From the NCBI RefSeq assembly GCF_001194135.2, contig NC_068997.1:55520530-55584529 (forward strand): 64,000 bases of DNA, written 5' to 3'. The translations under genes and the position numbers were made by a program. Shown one piece after another: positions 62,826 to 64,000 of this stretch; the first letter of the stretch is position 1, and each line of letters begins with the position of its first letter. Under the pieces are notes generated by a model, which saw only the letters and a program-made list of their open reading frames with translations, had not been told where the DNA came from and ran no database searches. Source of the stretch: Octopus bimaculoides (lineage: Eukaryota).

Positions 62826-62924
62826 TTATATATATATCTATCTATCTATCTATCTATCTATATACACACATACACATACAACAATGAATAGAACTTCGTT
62901 TAAAAAAAAATAAATAAAATAGGT

Positions 62925-63475
62925 ACAGGCATGGCTGTCAGATAAGATGTTTCTTCCCAACCACATTAATCTAGATTCATTTACACTGCATGGCACCTTG
63001 GGCAAGTATCTTCTGCTGTAGCCNNNNNNNNNNNNNNNNNNNNNNNNNNNNNNNNNNNNNNNNNNNNNNNNNNNNNNNNNNNNNNNNNNNNNNNNNNNNN
63101 NNNNNNNNNNNNNNNNNNNNNNNNNNNNNNNNNNNNNNCTAGATTCATTTACACTGCATGGCACCTTGGGCAAGTATCTTCTGCTGTAGCCTCAGGCCGA
63201 CCAAAGCCTAGCAAATGGATTTGGTAGATGGAAACTGAAAGAAGCTCATGGTGTGTGTGTGTGTTTGTCCTCACCACTGCTTGATAACCGGTGTTGGTGT
63301 ATTTACATCCCCATGACTTAGTAGTTCAGCATAAGAGATTGATAGAGTAAAATCCAAGCTTTAAAAAACAAAAAAATAGATACTTGGGTCAATTCATTTG
63401 AGTAAAATTCTTCAAGATGGTGCTCTAGCATGGCCACAATCTAATGACAAACAAGCAAAAGATAGAAGAGAAAAA
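62925..63475 (+). mobile_element. SINE family A, near full length, spanning an artefactual gap
   Basis: GGCATGGCTGTCAGATAAG...GCACCTTGGGCAAG...CTCAGGCCGACCAAAGCC...GGATTTGGTAGATGGAAACTGAAAGAAGC...GGTGTTGGTGTATTTACATCCCC...GGTGCTCTAGCATGGCCAC...CAAGCAAAAG. Confidence 0.85.
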
Positions 63476-64000
63476 ATAAGGATAAAACTCAGAAATAAAA
63501 TGAAGAAATAAATCCTGAGAAATATTTAAAATTAATTTTTGAGACGGGAAAAATGTGTTTTATGATACGCAAGCTTCATATTTGAATTTCAACAAATATT
63601 TATCAATTAAAGGGGCAGAATATATATGAAGGCAGAAAATTAGTTAATCATAAGGCAGCAAAATTAGGTAGTCTTACATTTTATTCCCATATTTTCTTGT
63701 AATTAGTTAATTAGTAATATTTGATAGGATTATCATGAAATTAAGCTCCAGAAATATTTGATCTTAGTTTGAATCAAGCATAAGATTGGATCCAATAATG
63801 ATTCCTCTGCCTTGATAAATAATCAATGAAATTAATATACAAGAGAAAAAGAATAACGATCAGAAAACTAATTTACCATTAATATATTAAAAACCATTGA
63901 TTAATAGCGCTTCCTTTATTTACCACTAAGTGTTCAGAAAAAAAACACATTAGGGATGATACAGAAGACTACAATGTGGGGTTACATAAACAAAAGCATC

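Larger units (their letters stand above)
18828..63138. other. Six assembly gaps (not one continuous feature): 18828-18918, 27123-27132, 29093-29482, 42807-42955, 48969-49399, 63024-63138
   Basis: N runs; three are flanked on both sides by (TA)n, typical of short-read scaffolding. All X-containing ORFs are artefacts of these gaps. Confidence 0.99.

Overview
AT-rich, repeat-dense eukaryotic DNA, very likely an octopus (coleoid cephalopod) short-read scaffold. That call rests on the recurring tRNA-derived SINEs, RTE-LINE 3' ends with (GAT)n/(CAT)n tails, many (TA)n/(CA)n/(GATA)n microsatellites and six N-gaps. It appears intronic or intergenic: I recognise no host protein-coding gene, tRNA/rRNA gene or CRISPR array, and almost all ORFs in the track are microsatellite, N-gap or repeat artefacts. 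What the sequence supports is a layered mobile-element landscape. This includes several SINE-like families, 5'-truncated RTE LINEs (two with a readable RT C-terminus), a CRE-type restriction-like-endonuclease LINE relic, two Ginger/KRBA2-like integrase relics, a TTAA-bounded piggyBac deletion derivative, a TTAA-type MITE family and a Helentron/HINE-like element. There are also local minisatellites and hairpins, and a few short candidate exons that I cannot assign to any protein. I found no convincing previously undescribed biological system. Repeat family labels A-G are my own working labels, family assignments come from recalled motifs rather than database searches, and repeat boundaries are approximate (about +/-20 bp).
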